Below, one piece after another: positions 20,412 through 30,633 of a stretch of 64,000 nt of DNA. Numbering within the stretch: position 1 is the stretch's first letter; every line of letters begins with the position of its first letter. A model generated the notes under the pieces. That model had not been told where the DNA came from and ran no database searches. It worked only from the letters and a program-made list of their open reading frames with translations. Source of the DNA: an uncultured virus (IMG/VR IMGVR_UViG_3300042514_001512) (Duplodnaviria; Heunggongvirae; Uroviricota; Caudoviricetes); IMG/VR virus record IMGVR_UViG_3300042514_001512; one strand, given 5' to 3'. Position numbers and translations under genes: made by a program.

Positions 20412-21950
20412 TCAATTTAGTCGGTAAATTAAATTAGATTCCGGGAAAACATATTGACCCCCGATTATCTTAGTATTTTTATTACTAAAAACTAACACTT
20501 CTTTATTATTTTTTGTAAATATTAACCAATCAGTTGAATATTTTTTAACATTTGCGGAACCTGAGACATGAATTTCACCATCAACATTTTTTATATAGGT
20601 GAACGGTTTAACCTGACTTGTTAATTTAACGCCATCAACTATGATTTCACAGTCAATACCATCAATCATATCTTCTTTACTTCCTAATTTACCAACAGAA
20701 ATAACGTTATCATCACCAAATTTTTTCTTAAGAATCTTAACTGTTTCATCCTCTCTTTTTTGTCCCCAACTATTAGTTTGAGTTAAAATTTTCATTAAGT
20801 TTTGAAATGTTGAGGAATTTTGAGAAAAAATTCTGAACTTATAATCATCTAGTACTTTAACAAGTTTTTTAACTTCACTAATTTGTTCAGATGGTGTTAG
20901 GCCAATCATTTTAATTTCAGGTTTATCTTGTTTTTTAAGTACTTGGTTAATATCGTTTAGTAGAACACAGAAACAACTATAATTTGTGTTTAATTTGTTA
21001 ATTACTGAACGTCCATCACTTTCTAAATTATAAACTCCTGACATCTCACCAGGGGCAAATTCGTTATTCTCATAAAAGTTTTCAGGAAAGACTTCTTTCA
21101 TCATTTTATTAACACTCATTTTAAAAATTTCTTTAACTTTTGGGTTGATATTAAATATAAATCTAATTGCCTCGTTAGTATCTCTACCACATCTTTCAGA
21201 TTTACCTTCAGAGATAACTGTTTTTAACATAAGACTTTCATTTAATTTAGATTCAACCTTTAATTGGTAAAGTTTGTTTACAAATTCCCAATTAACACAT
21301 TTCCAAAAGTTTTTAATATAGTCATCTTTTTTGTTTCTATATTTCAAATAGTAAGCATGTTCCCATAAATCTAATCCAAGTATTGGATAACCACCATCTT
21401 CAACAACGTTCATTAAAGGATTGTCTTGATTTGCTGTGGACACAATTTTTAATTTATTAGTCTTTGTTAAAACTAACCAAACCCATCCCGAACCAAATCG
21501 TTCTTTTGCAACTTCCTCAAATTTAATTCTAAATGAATTATAACTTTTGAAATCTTTATTAATTTGAGTTAAAACTTCACCGTGAGGTTTTTGAGTTTCA
21601 GGGGTTAACATTTTCCAAAATAACGCGTGGTTAAAAGCACCACCTGCGTTATTTCTAATGTTTTTATCAAATCTACTTATTGATTTTATAATTTCTTCTA
21701 ACTCTAAATCACCATATTTTTTTTTACTAAGAGCAGAATTTAATTTATCAACATAACCTTTATAATGTTTATTATAATGGTAGTTCATAGTTTCTGAGTC
21801 AATAAATTGTTTCAGGGCTGAGTAGGCGTATGGTAATCGTTCGATTCCAATTCTTTTCATTTCGTTTAAGAAAAGTTTTTGATTCTCATTTTTTTCAACC
21901 GTTTTAATTTTTTCGGTTATGAGGTCAATTTTTTTTTCAATATTTTTCAT
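20412..21950 (-). CDS. sod: Fe/Mn superoxide dismutase fused to a C-terminal PD-(D/E)xK-like domain
   Basis: LPYAYSAL, HYNKH, NNAGGAFNH, FGSGWVWL, NQDNP, DLWEHAYY. ATG at 21950 preferred to the track's TTG at 21989. Confidence 0.85.
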   Translation of the reverse strand: MKNIEKKIDLITEKIKTVEKNENQKLFLNEMKRIGIERLPYAYSALKQFIDSETMNYHYNKHYKGYVDKLNSALSKKKYGDLELEEIIKSISRFDKNIRNNAGGAFNHALFWKMLTPETQKPHGEVLTQINKDFKSYNSFRIKFEEVAKERFGSGWVWLVLTKTNKLKIVSTANQDNPLMNVVEDGGYPILGLDLWEHAYYLKYRNKKDDYIKNFWKCVNWEFVNKLYQLKVESKLNESLMLKTVISEGKSERCGRDTNEAIRFIFNINPKVKEIFKMSVNKMMKEVFPENFYENNEFAPGEMSGVYNLESDGRSVINKLNTNYSCFCVLLNDINQVLKKQDKPEIKMIGLTPSEQISEVKKLVKVLDDYKFRIFSQNSSTFQNLMKILTQTNSWGQKREDETVKILKKKFGDDNVISVGKLGSKEDMIDGIDCEIIVDGVKLTSQVKPFTYIKNVDGEIHVSGSANVKKYSTDWLIFTKNNKEVLVFSNKNTKIIGGQYVFPESNLIYRLN

Positions 21951-21990
21951 AAGGCTTATTTTATTATTATAAATAAGCGGAAGTTTCAAA

Positions 21991-23760
21991 TTATCTGCGA
22001 TTGTTTATTCTATTCATCACTTCTTCAATAAAGTCGGCCTTATCTAAATTGTCCCCCATAACGGTTTCAAATATATTTTTCTTCTTTATTAAAATGTCAT
22101 AAATCGCACCCTCAATAGTGTTTTCAAATATTGGGTAATAAACCGATACATTAGATTTTTGACCGTATCTGTACGCTCTATCTTCCGCTTGTGTGTGGTC
22201 TGACGGAACAAAAGATAAATCATTCATGATTACGGCCTCAGCGGCGGTTAAGGTTAACCCAACACCTGCGGCTTTTAAGTTACCAACAAAAACTGTAATC
22301 TTTTCATTATCCTGAAATTGGTCAACTGCGTGTTGTCTCATAGATTTAGAGGTTGACCCATCTAATCTAACCGCCTGTTTACCAAAATGGTCGGCAATTT
22401 TATTTAATGTATTTGTGAAATTAGTAAAAATAATAACCTTTTTTCCTTGGTCAATTATATTCTGAACTAATTCAATCGTATCGTTAATTTTTTCTTCAGC
22501 AATGACTTGTCTAACTTTCATTAACTTACTAAATTGTACCGTTAACGATGAAGATTCGTCTGTTTTATTTTCATACCAATCATAGTACTCTCCCATTAAA
22601 CCTTCATATAATTTAGATTTAAGTCTTAGGTAGACTGGCGATATTATTTTGTCAGGCAAATCAAGTACCTCAGTTTTTAAACGTCGTAATACTTGTCTTG
22701 AGGTTCGGTCTCTTAATTCCTCTAAGTTAGATGCCCCCGTAACATTCCAAACTTTTCTATTTCCCGCTTTAAATTGGTAACCTTGACAATACCTAATAGC
22801 ATATGCCATCCAATTCTGAGCTACGGGACTCTCAATGAGTGATAACAAGTTAAAATAATTCATTGGTCTTGATGTCATTGGTGTTCCTGTTAACAACCAA
22901 AGTTTATCAACACTTTTAACAAAACTATTAACTAATTTAGTTCTTTGTGCTTGACCGTTTTGTAAATAATGGGCCTCATCAATAATGATTATACCAAAAT
23001 TACTTTTATATATTTCAGATTTTTCTTTATCTTTTAAATCGTAAAAATTTTTAAGAATATCGTAATTAACAATTACAAAATCGTGTTCTTGGGAAAAGTT
23101 TTTACCTTCGGCAATATAAACACTCCTATCTGTGTAGTTTTCAATCTCTCTTAGCCAATTTATTTTTAAAGAAGCGGGACAAATAATTAATATTTTCTTA
23201 ACGCCTGTTTCTAAAGCGGCAATAATGGTGGAAGTTGTTTTACCTAAACCCATATCATCTGCGAGAATAAATCTTTTAGACCCGGCAAGTTTCTCAATGG
23301 CAATTTTTTGATGTTCTAATGGAGGTCTGTGAGAGTACTTTGAATAATCTATCTCAACATTTTTAATTGTGTGTGTCTTAATTAAAGCTCCTTTAGGTAA
23401 CCAAAACTCGTGTATAGTTTCCCCCGATAACACTTTTCCCCAAACATGATAGGCTTTCTCTTTCTCAACCAATAACTTCTCAACCCAAACTTGTTCAGGT
23501 ATTGTAGTTAATAATTTTTCGTCAGCAATTTTTTTGGCAAAGTAAGGGTCAAGGTCAACCCATTTTTTTCCAACTTTAGGTGTTACATCGTAATAATTAA
23601 TAATATAATCAGATTGGGCTCTTGTGGGATAAAATTTCTTATTAGATTCTTTTTGAGTTTTTAATTTTAGGATATAGTTATTTGCGCCTGAATAAGTTTC
23701 AAGTAACTCTAATGCTCTTCTCTCTAATAGAGGTTTGTTATTTTCTATATTATTTTCCAA
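21991..23760 (-). CDS. SNF2-family helicase (SMARCAL1/HARP-like)
   Basis: LADDMGLGKT, DEAH, LTGTP, QAEDRAYRYGQ. Confidence 0.92.
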   Translation of the reverse strand: MENNIENNKPLLERRALELLETYSGANNYILKLKTQKESNKKFYPTRAQSDYIINYYDVTPKVGKKWVDLDPYFAKKIADEKLLTTIPEQVWVEKLLVEKEKAYHVWGKVLSGETIHEFWLPKGALIKTHTIKNVEIDYSKYSHRPPLEHQKIAIEKLAGSKRFILADDMGLGKTTSTIIAALETGVKKILIICPASLKINWLREIENYTDRSVYIAEGKNFSQEHDFVIVNYDILKNFYDLKDKEKSEIYKSNFGIIIIDEAHYLQNGQAQRTKLVNSFVKSVDKLWLLTGTPMTSRPMNYFNLLSLIESPVAQNWMAYAIRYCQGYQFKAGNRKVWNVTGASNLEELRDRTSRQVLRRLKTEVLDLPDKIISPVYLRLKSKLYEGLMGEYYDWYENKTDESSSLTVQFSKLMKVRQVIAEEKINDTIELVQNIIDQGKKVIIFTNFTNTLNKIADHFGKQAVRLDGSTSKSMRQHAVDQFQDNEKITVFVGNLKAAGVGLTLTAAEAVIMNDLSFVPSDHTQAEDRAYRYGQKSNVSVYYPIFENTIEGAIYDILIKKKNIFETVMGDNLDKADFIEEVMNRINNRR

Positions 23761-23778
23761 AAGATTTGGTTTGAGTTA

Positions 23779-23807
23779 AAAATAAGTAATCTTTTAATAT
23801 TTATCAA
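23779..23807 (-). promoter_or_regulatory. Possible sigma70-like promoter of the SNF2 gene
   Basis: TTGATA-N17-TATTTT on the minus strand; overlaps the plus-strand TATTTAT box, so it may be incidental. Confidence 0.3.
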
Positions 23808-23808
23808 T

Positions 23809-24324
23809 ATGTCAACTAATAAAGTACCAATTACTCGAATAGGGAAATTCTTTGGAGATGAAGATTTTAATTTAGACCTTTCAATAGGGGAGGAATGGTT
23901 ATATGGTGATATGAACTTCACATTAGTTCTTTATCGTATTGATAGACTGAAAACAAAAACCGATGATGTTTATGGTGAAACTGTTAGTGATGGTATTAAA
24001 TTTTTACCACCAATAGAGTTTAAAGGGTATGTTCAAATTATGGCACCTGAAAATAAATATTTAGGTAATTCAAAAATAGAACAATTTGAGCCGGGTAATA
24101 TTAAAGTGTCAGTTTACCAAAGACAATTGGATGAATTAGGTGTTGATATTAGTTATGGTGACTATATTGGTTACTATGAAACAGAAGATAGAGTTAGATA
24201 CTATACCGTAAATAATGACGGAAGAGTCATCTCAGATAATAAACACACGTATGCAGGGTTTAAACCGTTTTATAGAACTATTATGGCGTCAGCGGTTACT
24301 AATAACGAATTTAGAGGTTTATAA
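23809..24324 (+). CDS. Head closure / neck protein (T4 gp14-like)
   Basis: LYRID...DDVYGE pattern; position between neck and tail genes. Confidence 0.55.
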   Translation: MSTNKVPITRIGKFFGDEDFNLDLSIGEEWLYGDMNFTLVLYRIDRLKTKTDDVYGETVSDGIKFLPPIEFKGYVQIMAPENKYLGNSKIEQFEPGNIKVSVYQRQLDELGVDISYGDYIGYYETEDRVRYYTVNNDGRVISDNKHTYAGFKPFYRTIMASAVTNNEFRGL

Positions 24325-24620
24325 TGAAAATAGTAATAACAGAATCTCAAGTGGAGGTATTAAGAAGAGTATACGAAATAAGTGACCTTGTTGATTACGT
24401 TATCCATCATTTGAATAATGATATTAGAAGTGGTGGACCAGGTAATAGACCTGACAATTTTGGGGTATATGAAAATTGGGTAACCCAAAGAGTTAGTGAT
24501 ATGTTTAAACGTAGAAACCCTAATATTGAATATAAAAAACTTGATTTTTTAATGATTATGTCAGAAGTGTATAACGATAAACTAAAAAGAGGATTCAAAG
24601 AAGCCCTAAAAAAAAGATGA
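24324..24620 (+). CDS. Hypothetical protein (MKIVITESQ N-terminus)
   Basis: Overlapping stop/start with both neighbours. Confidence 0.7.
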   Translation: MKIVITESQVEVLRRVYEISDLVDYVIHHLNNDIRSGGPGNRPDNFGVYENWVTQRVSDMFKRRNPNIEYKKLDFLMIMSEVYNDKLKRGFKEALKKR

Positions 24621-25054
24621 AAATACTAATTACAGAAACACAGGACCATGATAATTCTGAGGATAAGTTTAAAGGTGAAAGAGTTATGGTTTATTATAAT
24701 TTACACAAACATACTTTTTCTGTGTCGTATAAATCAAAAGTTATTTTACATGCCGATTACGTTAAATTAAAAGATGTTGAGTTTAGAGTTAGAAAGGCTG
24801 GTAAAGAACGAGTTAGACGTGAAATGGTAAAAAATGTTCACGCATTTGTTATTGGTGATTTAGTTGATTATTGTCAGTCGCCATGTAAAAATATTCCTAA
24901 AGAACCAACGGATAATGTAATAACGTATAACCCTTATAAGTATGATAGTTTTGTATATAAATCGAATAAAAAACCAATATACAAAACAAAAGAAATTGAT
25001 ATGATTAATTTAAAAAACAAATTATTCGTAATAAAAAAAATAAAAAAACATTAA
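24617..25054 (+). CDS. Phage hypothetical protein (MKILITETQ N-terminus)
   Basis: VYYNLHK, KNVHAFVIG and YNPYK motifs recalled from other phage proteins. Confidence 0.7.
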   Translation: MKILITETQDHDNSEDKFKGERVMVYYNLHKHTFSVSYKSKVILHADYVKLKDVEFRVRKAGKERVRREMVKNVHAFVIGDLVDYCQSPCKNIPKEPTDNVITYNPYKYDSFVYKSNKKPIYKTKEIDMINLKNKLFVIKKIKKH

Positions 25055-25055
25055 A

Positions 25056-26090
25056 ATGCCATTACCTAAAATTAAAAAAAACATTCCTTTGACACAGTCA
25101 AAAACTCTTTTACCTAGAAGACAGGAATTGGTTGATAAGATTAATAGGGATGGTACCTATCTCCCTAAATCAATATTACATGCCGACTTGGACGGTGGGT
25201 TTTTAAATTTTGTTAAAACAGATTTAAAAACTGTTGTTGACGGAAAGGTAATACCTATGGTTGATATTTTAGTTACAACTCAGAATTGGTCTCAATTCAC
25301 GGAAACTTGGAACATTCAAAATATTGATAAAAATGTCGAGCCCCCATTCATAACAGTTGTTCGTATTCCTGAAGTTAAGTTTGGAACTAATCCCGCAACA
25401 CTATACAATATTCCTAATAGAAAACAATATTTCTACGCACAAGTACCTACTTGGGACGGACAAAGACACGGAGCGGACATTTATAAAATACCACAACCTG
25501 TACCTGTTGATATAACATATAATGTTAAGATAGTATGTAATAGAATGAGAGAACTAAACAGTTTCAATAAAAATGTAATTGAGATGTTTGCGTCAAAACA
25601 AGCCTATACTGTGATTAAAGGACATTATATTCCAATAGTAATGGGTAATATTAGTGATGAATCGGTATTTGATTTGGAAAAAAGAAAATATTATGTACAA
25701 AGTTATGAATTTATATTACTTGGTTTTTTAATTGATGAAGATGAGTTTGAAGTTTCTCCTGCAATTTCAAGAGTATTACAAGTTGTTGAGTTTGAAACAC
25801 AGACAACAAGAAAACAACCAAAAAAACTTTCAAACCCCGCAAGTACAACTTTAGATGTTTTATTTGTCGTTGGAAATAATATTATTACACAAATTTTTGA
25901 TTATACTGTTGACCTAAATTTAGGTGAAACCGATAATGTTGAATCGTTTGAGGTGTACATTAATAACGACTATTATGGCTCTGATATTGAACAAATTCAA
26001 ATAAACACTAACGACACTCTTAAATTAATTATTGTTAAAAATGATGACACAAAAGACAGTATAATTAAGCTCAATAATCTATTGGTTTAA
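25056..26090 (+). CDS. Tail terminator / sheath stabiliser (T4 gp15-like)
   Basis: PQPVPVDITYNVKI pattern; directly upstream of the sheath gene. Confidence 0.55.
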   Translation: MPLPKIKKNIPLTQSKTLLPRRQELVDKINRDGTYLPKSILHADLDGGFLNFVKTDLKTVVDGKVIPMVDILVTTQNWSQFTETWNIQNIDKNVEPPFITVVRIPEVKFGTNPATLYNIPNRKQYFYAQVPTWDGQRHGADIYKIPQPVPVDITYNVKIVCNRMRELNSFNKNVIEMFASKQAYTVIKGHYIPIVMGNISDESVFDLEKRKYYVQSYEFILLGFLIDEDEFEVSPAISRVLQVVEFETQTTRKQPKKLSNPASTTLDVLFVVGNNIITQIFDYTVDLNLGETDNVESFEVYINNDYYGSDIEQIQINTNDTLKLIIVKNDDTKDSIIKLNNLLV

Positions 26091-26251
26091 TTCTCTCCGT
26101 ATATATCGGGTTTTCCTTTACATTTCTCAACAATAAGTCTTTCTAAGAAACGATACATCTTTATCCCTCTTTTTTCACAATAGGTCTTTAAGATATCATG
26201 AGCCTCAATCGATATCTTTAAATTCTTTATTTTTTTTTCGTTGTTATCCAT
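26087..26251 (-). CDS. 54-aa ribbon-helix-helix-like DNA-binding protein (not in the ORF track)
   Basis: MDNNEKKIKNLKISIEAHDILKTYCEKRGIKMYRFLERLIVEKCKGKPDIYGEN*; TATTTAT box upstream on the minus strand (26286-26292). Confidence 0.7.
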   Translation of the reverse strand: MDNNEKKIKNLKISIEAHDILKTYCEKRGIKMYRFLERLIVEKCKGKPDIYGEN

Positions 26252-26299
26252 GGTAGAAAAAAGGCAGAATTTATTCTCCCTAATAATAAATACTTATAG

Positions 26300-26336
26300 G
26301 AAAGTAAAGTGTTTTGGTTTTTTTTATAATATTTAT
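26300..26336 (+). promoter_or_regulatory. Candidate late promoter of the sheath gene
   Basis: GAAAGTAAAG-N20-TATTTAT; same arrangement before the tube gene. Confidence 0.55.
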
Positions 26337-26371
26337 CAATAAAATAAATTAATTAAGAAAACACAAGACTA

Positions 26372-29300
26372 ATGGCAACAAACAGTAAAGTATTTGTATC
26401 ACCTGGAGTGTATACTTCTGAAGTCGATTTAAGTTTCGTAGCACAGAGTGTAGGGGTTACTACACTAGGTATTGTAGGGGAGACATTAAAAGGTCCAGCC
26501 TTCGAACCTATTTTTATTACAAACTTCGACGAATTCTCAACTTACTTTGGGGGAAGTTCTCCCGAAAAATTCATAAATACTCAAATACCAAAATATGAAG
26601 CGGCGTATATCGCTAAATCTTATTTACAACAATCTAACCAATTGTTTGTTACAAGAATATTAGGTTTATCAGGGTATGATGCGGGTCCATCATGGACAAT
26701 AACAACTAAAGCAAATGTAGACCCAGCAACAGTAGATTTCTATTGTGAAAGTGCTACTACGGTTAACTGTATTGACACATGTGTTGATTATAAAGTAGTT
26801 GACTTTGCAATTGATTTCTCAGGTTGTAATAACAGTTTTGGTTCAATATCATTTATTAACCCAACACAAATTCCGGCAGAAATTGCTGAGAAATTAGACA
26901 TTCCTTACGAATTGTTTGACGGAAGTTTATCAACTGTTCGTACAAACATGACTAACCAAATTTTTGATATTCTAAACGAACCGTCTTCAGAAAACACCTC
27001 TATTTATTATTACGGGCCAATTTCAGGAGACACTTACGAAGCGTTTAGTCCTATCTTTACAGCAGAAACAAATGTATATGGTGTTAATAATGTTGATGCT
27101 AACCTTATTGATTACGCGGCACCAGAAAATGACCCTTGGTATTATAGTTTATTTGATAATCTTGGTAATGCAGCATATAGTGGTTATTCATTTTGGTCTA
27201 TTGTCACAGGTTTAACTTTAACACCACCTGTTATAACAACGACAACAACATTACCAGGAACTACAACAACAACAACTACAAATCCTTGTATTACACCAAC
27301 CCCAATATCAACAACAACTACAACAACTGCTGCACCTGTTAATTGTTATACAGGAACTTTAATTGGTAGAATTTATGTGTTTTCAGGAACTGCGTTTACT
27401 GATTATGATGATTTAGTAATAGCAACACTTCGTTCAAGAGGTTTGGCGACATACTCAACAGATGATGGACCTGTTTATGAGGTTAGCGGATTAACAGATG
27501 TTACTATGGATTGTTTAGGTGCATATTCAGGTGTAACTAAAAACCCATATGCGACATTTGGTATTAATATTACAAATAAAGATGGTAACACGTATTTCTT
27601 TGAAACATCATTCCAAAATTCTGACCCTAAGTATTTACCAAAAGTATTTGGTTCATCTAACTTTGCAAAACCAAGAACAGTAGTTCCTTTATTTGTTGAA
27701 GAAAGATTCCAAGCTTTATTAAACTACGGATGGAGAAAAGGGTTTATTAGAGGTTTAAGTTGTAACTTAACAGCTTTACCTAACGCAAGACAAGGTTCTG
27801 ACCCTACATCAATCGCTTGGTATTTAGAACAATATCAATCACCAACATCACCGTGGGTAGTATCGGAATTAAGAGGTAACAAAGTTTACAACTTATTTAA
27901 ATTTACAACAATTGCCGATGGTGAGGCGGCTAACACGGAGGTTAAAATTTCAATAGCAAACATTTCATTTAACAATGGAACATTTGACGTATTAGTTAGA
28001 GATTTCTTTGATTCGGACTCAAGTCCAGTTGTTATTGAAAAATTCACTAACTGTAATATGGACCCTAATGATAATGCGTTCATTGCGAAGAAAATTGGTA
28101 CTATTGACGGTGAGTATGAATTGAATTCTAAATACGTTATGATTGAACTTAATGAAGACGCACCAATTGACGCATTACCTTGTGGATTCTTAGGATTTAA
28201 TTTTAGAGAATATGCGGGTGTTAGACCTCCATTCCCAATTATTAAACAAAAATATGATTTTCCAGGTGAGGTAGTATATAATCCACCATTTGGTTTATCT
28301 TCAGGAGCTGACGATATTACAAGAAGTAATGGTGATAATGTACGTAGAACTTATTTAGGTATTTCTGATACTATAGGTATTGACGTTGATTACTACTATT
28401 ACAAAGGTAAACAACTTCCTTTAGATATTTGTAGTGATTCTACGGGTGAAGATTGGAACTTTAGAAGTAGAGGATTCCATATGGATATTGATGCAAGTGG
28501 TATTACTATACCTAATGCATTTGTAACAAGTGGAACCCCAGCATTCTATTGTGGTAGTGCACCGTTTACTAAAGACCCTGATACAGAAGCTAACCCTTAC
28601 TACAGAATTTTTGCTCGTAAGTTCTCATTCTTAGTACAAGGAGGATTTGACGGATGGGATATCTATAGAGAACATAGAACAAACAGTGATAGATTCGTAT
28701 TAGGTAGAAATGGTTATTTAAAAGGTTCATGTCCATCAATCAAATATCCTACGGCGACAGGTTGGGGGGCATTTAAACAAATTACGGTTGGAGATAATAC
28801 ACAAGGTTACGCTAACACCGATTACTACGCTTACTTATTAGGACAAAAAACTTTTGTTAATCCTGAAGCGGTTAATATTAATTTATTTGTTACACCTGGT
28901 ATCGATTATGTAAATCATTCTAACTTAGTTGAAAGTGCAGTTGATATGATTGAAAATGATAGAGCTGACTCACTTTATGTTTGTACAACTCCTGACTTTA
29001 ACATGTTTGTTCCAACAACAACTAATACACAGGATTTAATTTATCCACAAGAAGCGGTTGATAATTTAGACACTGCAGGAATAGACTCTAACTATACCGC
29101 AACTTACTACCCATGGGTATTAACAAGAGATACTGTAAACAACACACAAATCTATCTACCTGCAACTGCTGAGGTTACAAGAAACTTAGCTTTAACAGAT
29201 AACATTGCATTCCCTTGGTTCGCCGCGGCGGGTTACACAAGAGGTATTGTAAATGCTATTAAAGCACGTAAGAAGTTAACACAAGAGGATAGAGATACTT

Positions 29301-29707
29301 TATATCAAGGTCGTCTTAACCCAATTGCAACTTTCTCTGATGTTGGAACCGTAATTTGGGGTAATAAAACACTACAAGTTAGACAATCAGCTCTTGATAG
29401 AATTAACGTAAGAAGATTATTACTTCAAGCTCGTAAATTAATTTCAGCGGTATCTGTAAGATTACTGTTTGAACAAAACGACCAAAAAGTAAGACAAGAT
29501 TTCTTAGATGCGGTTAACCCTATATTAGACGCAATCAGAAGAGACAGAGGTTTATACGATTTCCGTGTAACAGTTTCTTCAGACGCGGCTGACTTAGATA
29601 GAAACCAAATGACGGGTAAAATCTACGTTAAACCTACAAAGTCGTTAGAATTTATAGACATTACGTTCTATATTACTCCAACAGGTGCATCTTTTGAGAA
29701 CATCTAA
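26372..29707 (+). CDS. Contractile tail sheath protein (gp18-like)
   Basis: VSPGVYTSEVDLS, WFAAAGYTRG, WGNKTLQ, DRINVRRL. Confidence 0.95.
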   Translation: MATNSKVFVSPGVYTSEVDLSFVAQSVGVTTLGIVGETLKGPAFEPIFITNFDEFSTYFGGSSPEKFINTQIPKYEAAYIAKSYLQQSNQLFVTRILGLSGYDAGPSWTITTKANVDPATVDFYCESATTVNCIDTCVDYKVVDFAIDFSGCNNSFGSISFINPTQIPAEIAEKLDIPYELFDGSLSTVRTNMTNQIFDILNEPSSENTSIYYYGPISGDTYEAFSPIFTAETNVYGVNNVDANLIDYAAPENDPWYYSLFDNLGNAAYSGYSFWSIVTGLTLTPPVITTTTTLPGTTTTTTTNPCITPTPISTTTTTTAAPVNCYTGTLIGRIYVFSGTAFTDYDDLVIATLRSRGLATYSTDDGPVYEVSGLTDVTMDCLGAYSGVTKNPYATFGINITNKDGNTYFFETSFQNSDPKYLPKVFGSSNFAKPRTVVPLFVEERFQALLNYGWRKGFIRGLSCNLTALPNARQGSDPTSIAWYLEQYQSPTSPWVVSELRGNKVYNLFKFTTIADGEAANTEVKISIANISFNNGTFDVLVRDFFDSDSSPVVIEKFTNCNMDPNDNAFIAKKIGTIDGEYELNSKYVMIELNEDAPIDALPCGFLGFNFREYAGVRPPFPIIKQKYDFPGEVVYNPPFGLSSGADDITRSNGDNVRRTYLGISDTIGIDVDYYYYKGKQLPLDICSDSTGEDWNFRSRGFHMDIDASGITIPNAFVTSGTPAFYCGSAPFTKDPDTEANPYYRIFARKFSFLVQGGFDGWDIYREHRTNSDRFVLGRNGYLKGSCPSIKYPTATGWGAFKQITVGDNTQGYANTDYYAYLLGQKTFVNPEAVNINLFVTPGIDYVNHSNLVESAVDMIENDRADSLYVCTTPDFNMFVPTTTNTQDLIYPQEAVDNLDTAGIDSNYTATYYPWVLTRDTVNNTQIYLPATAEVTRNLALTDNIAFPWFAAAGYTRGIVNAIKARKKLTQEDRDTLYQGRLNPIATFSDVGTVIWGNKTLQVRQSALDRINVRRLLLQARKLISAVSVRLLFEQNDQKVRQDFLDAVNPILDAIRRDRGLYDFRVTVSSDAADLDRNQMTGKIYVKPTKSLEFIDITFYITPTGASFENI

Positions 29708-29718
29708 AATAAAATAAC

Positions 29719-29749
29719 AAACAAGTCGACATAAAACCTCGGCTTGTTT
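29719..29749 (+). terminator. Stem-loop after the sheath gene
   Basis: AAACAAGTCGA / TCGGCTTGTTT, 11 bp with one G-U pair; weak U tract. Confidence 0.4.
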
Positions 29750-29764
29750 AGCCAAATAGTGAAA

Positions 29765-30586
29765 ATGATAAATAAAAAAAGAATAGTAGAAGGTATTGAT
29801 GAAGAGGGAACACCTGACATGAAATACTATTCATTTGACTGGGATGACAACATACTGATAATGCCGACTAAGATTATCTTAAAGGATGAGGAAGGTAATG
29901 ATGTTGGTATGTCAACTGAGGATTTTGCGGAATATAGAACAGATATAGGTGAAGAACCGTTTGACTATGAAGGTCATTCTATTGTAGGGTTTAGTGATGA
30001 ACCATTTAAATATTTTGGTGTTGCGGGAGACAAACAATTTATTGTGGACTCTATGTTAGCAAAACCAGGTCCTGCTTGGCCTGATTTTGTGGAGGCGTTA
30101 AATAACGGGTCTATTTTTTCTATCGTTACCGCTAGAGGTCACACCCCTTCGGTAATTAAAGAGGCGGTATACAACCTAATTGTTTCAAATAAAAATGGAA
30201 TTAACTCAGACGAGTTAGTTAAGAACTTAGAAAAATTTCGACACATTGCCGATGAGGGTGATTTAAATAAACGTGAAATTATACGTGAATATTTAGACCT
30301 TTGTAGATTTTATCCTGTGAGTTATGGAGAAGGCTCGGCAACAAATCCCGAAGAAGGAAAAATTAAAGCTTTAAAAGAATTTGTTGAGTATATTAAAGAA
30401 GTTTCTGAACAAATTAAGAAGAAAGCGTATTTAAAGAATAAAATAACTAATAACTTTTTACCTATAATTGGTTTTTCAGATGATGATTTAAGAAATGTGG
30501 AAAAAGTTAAAAGTCATTTTGAAAATGAGCCAGATAATATAATTAAGACTTATTCTACTGCAGGAGGAATTAAAAAAGAATATTAA
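29765..30586 (+). CDS. HAD-superfamily phosphatase-like protein
   Basis: FDWDDN (motif I), VTARGH (II), GKIK (III), FSDDD (IV); ATG at 29765 preferred. Confidence 0.7.
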   Translation: MINKKRIVEGIDEEGTPDMKYYSFDWDDNILIMPTKIILKDEEGNDVGMSTEDFAEYRTDIGEEPFDYEGHSIVGFSDEPFKYFGVAGDKQFIVDSMLAKPGPAWPDFVEALNNGSIFSIVTARGHTPSVIKEAVYNLIVSNKNGINSDELVKNLEKFRHIADEGDLNKREIIREYLDLCRFYPVSYGEGSATNPEEGKIKALKEFVEYIKEVSEQIKKKAYLKNKITNNFLPIIGFSDDDLRNVEKVKSHFENEPDNIIKTYSTAGGIKKEY

Positions 30587-30633
30587 TAAATAAAACTAGA
30601 TACTTATATGCTAAGAATAATTTTTTAAATCTT

